Part shown: positions 62,955 to 64,000 of the stretch, piece by piece
Numbering within the stretch: the first letter of the stretch is position 1
How the letters are laid out: the number at the start of each line of letters is the position of its first letter
NCBI RefSeq assembly: GCF_000143415.4
Contig: NW_003314264.1
Coordinates: 1,566,733 to 1,630,732 of the forward strand
Direction of reading: 5' to 3'
Origin: Selaginella moellendorffii
Lineage: Eukaryota > Plantae > Lycopodiophyta
Length of the DNA: 64,000 nt
Made by a program: the position numbers and the translations under genes
Notes under the pieces: model-generated
What the model saw: the letters and a program-made list of their open reading frames with translations, nothing else
What the model was told of the DNA's origin: nothing
Database searches by the model: none

Positions 62955-64000
62955 TGTGAGTGCTAGAATATAGAAAGGGAATATGGAAAATATGCATATC
63001 AATTAGCCCAACAACCCTAGCTTATATACAGGAGCGAGTGGTCCGGATTGAAACCAATCCGACAGCTACCAAAATCCCACTACGCTAATATTAGTATATG
63101 GCATCGTAGCTGTACACTTAGCCCTCACATCATCCCTCCTCTCGGAATAATGGAAGGCTGTCAAGGTTCTCTTGTAGACGGGCTAGGATCTAGAGGAACA
63201 TTAGGAGGAGGCATTAGTGGATTTGTAGGTGGTATTAACTACTCCTGATCCCTTTGTATGAAGCGTTTCAACTACTGCACATGCACAATCTTCAGAGGAT
63301 CGGCCTGTTGGACGTCATGCCGAACCTCATAAACTTGTGGGCCAACTTGCCACAACACCCGATACGGTCCTTTCCATTGTGCAAGGAGCCCCTTAGATAA
63401 ACCATGTACCGTAAGATGGGGAAAATGGACTAACACCAAATCATCCACTTTATATTTTGCAGGTGGACGATGATGGGAGTTGTAGCACCGTTGTCCCACT
63501 TGTACGTGGCCTAAATGTTTGGCAGACTTCGCTTGGACAAGTGGAAGAATGCTTGTCAAATATTGATCCCACAACCTAGCATCGGGAACTCGTGGCAGTC
63601 GCGAAGGTAAACCCAACTCTGTTGGTAATATTAGATCATGACTATATAGGAGTTTATATGGTGAAGCACCAATAGAACTTTGCACCCCTGTGACATAGGC
63701 ATACCAAAGAGACTGCAAATAACCATCCCAATCTGAATGTTAAAAGTTCACATACTTCACAATCATCCCTTTGAATGTCCGAACGAGCCGTTCCACCAGA
63801 CTGTCTGATTGTGGATGATAAGCACTCGTGAAAGTGTGGCGTATCCCCAACCGAGATGTTAAAATATGAAATGCCTCAGCTATAAATGCAGGACCATTAT
63901 CCAAAAGAATCCGCTCTGGACAAGAATGCGGGAATACCACTCGATTGAGGAGGAAGTATCCAATAGCAGTTGCCAAGGCACTAGCAAAAGCACCAATTTC
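62955..64000 (-). mobile_element. Another family A copy (3' LTR and integrase), running off the window
   Basis: LTR 62955-63129 in reverse complement; SAYHPQSDSLVERLV and WKGPYRV with frameshifts. Confidence 0.92.

Overview
Repeat-rich plant nuclear DNA. Very short introns (about 50-150 nt), PLS-type PPR relics and the element types suggest a lycophyte such as Selaginella (inference). Three intact spliced genes can be reconstructed: RAD1 of the 9-1-1 clamp (5879-7086, +), a DCD/NRP2-like gene (16866-18058, -) and, divergent from it, a membrane-anchored methyltransferase-like gene (18507-19876, +). Also present: a duplicated His/Pro/Ala-rich single-pass membrane ORF, a frameshifted secreted bulb-lectin fusion gene, two decaying tRNA-Ala(AGC) copies and gene fragments (nodulin-like MFS, HHP/PAQR, LCAT3/4, PPR). 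Mobile DNA: two LINE relics; Ty3/gypsy family A (one young intact copy at 56409-61416 with a -1 frameshift heptamer and pseudoknot, plus several decayed copies); Ty3/gypsy family B (long satellite-bearing LTRs, tRNA-Met PBS). The most notable finding is a 564-bp TRIM (24535-25098) and a solo LTR (39992-40185) whose LTRs carry the internal Pol III promoter region of 5S rRNA, i.e. a Cassandra-like element. Its LTR termini nearly match those of family B, a candidate autonomous helper. The right half is a tandem segmental duplication with nested insertions. All homology calls are from motif recognition; no database search was run.
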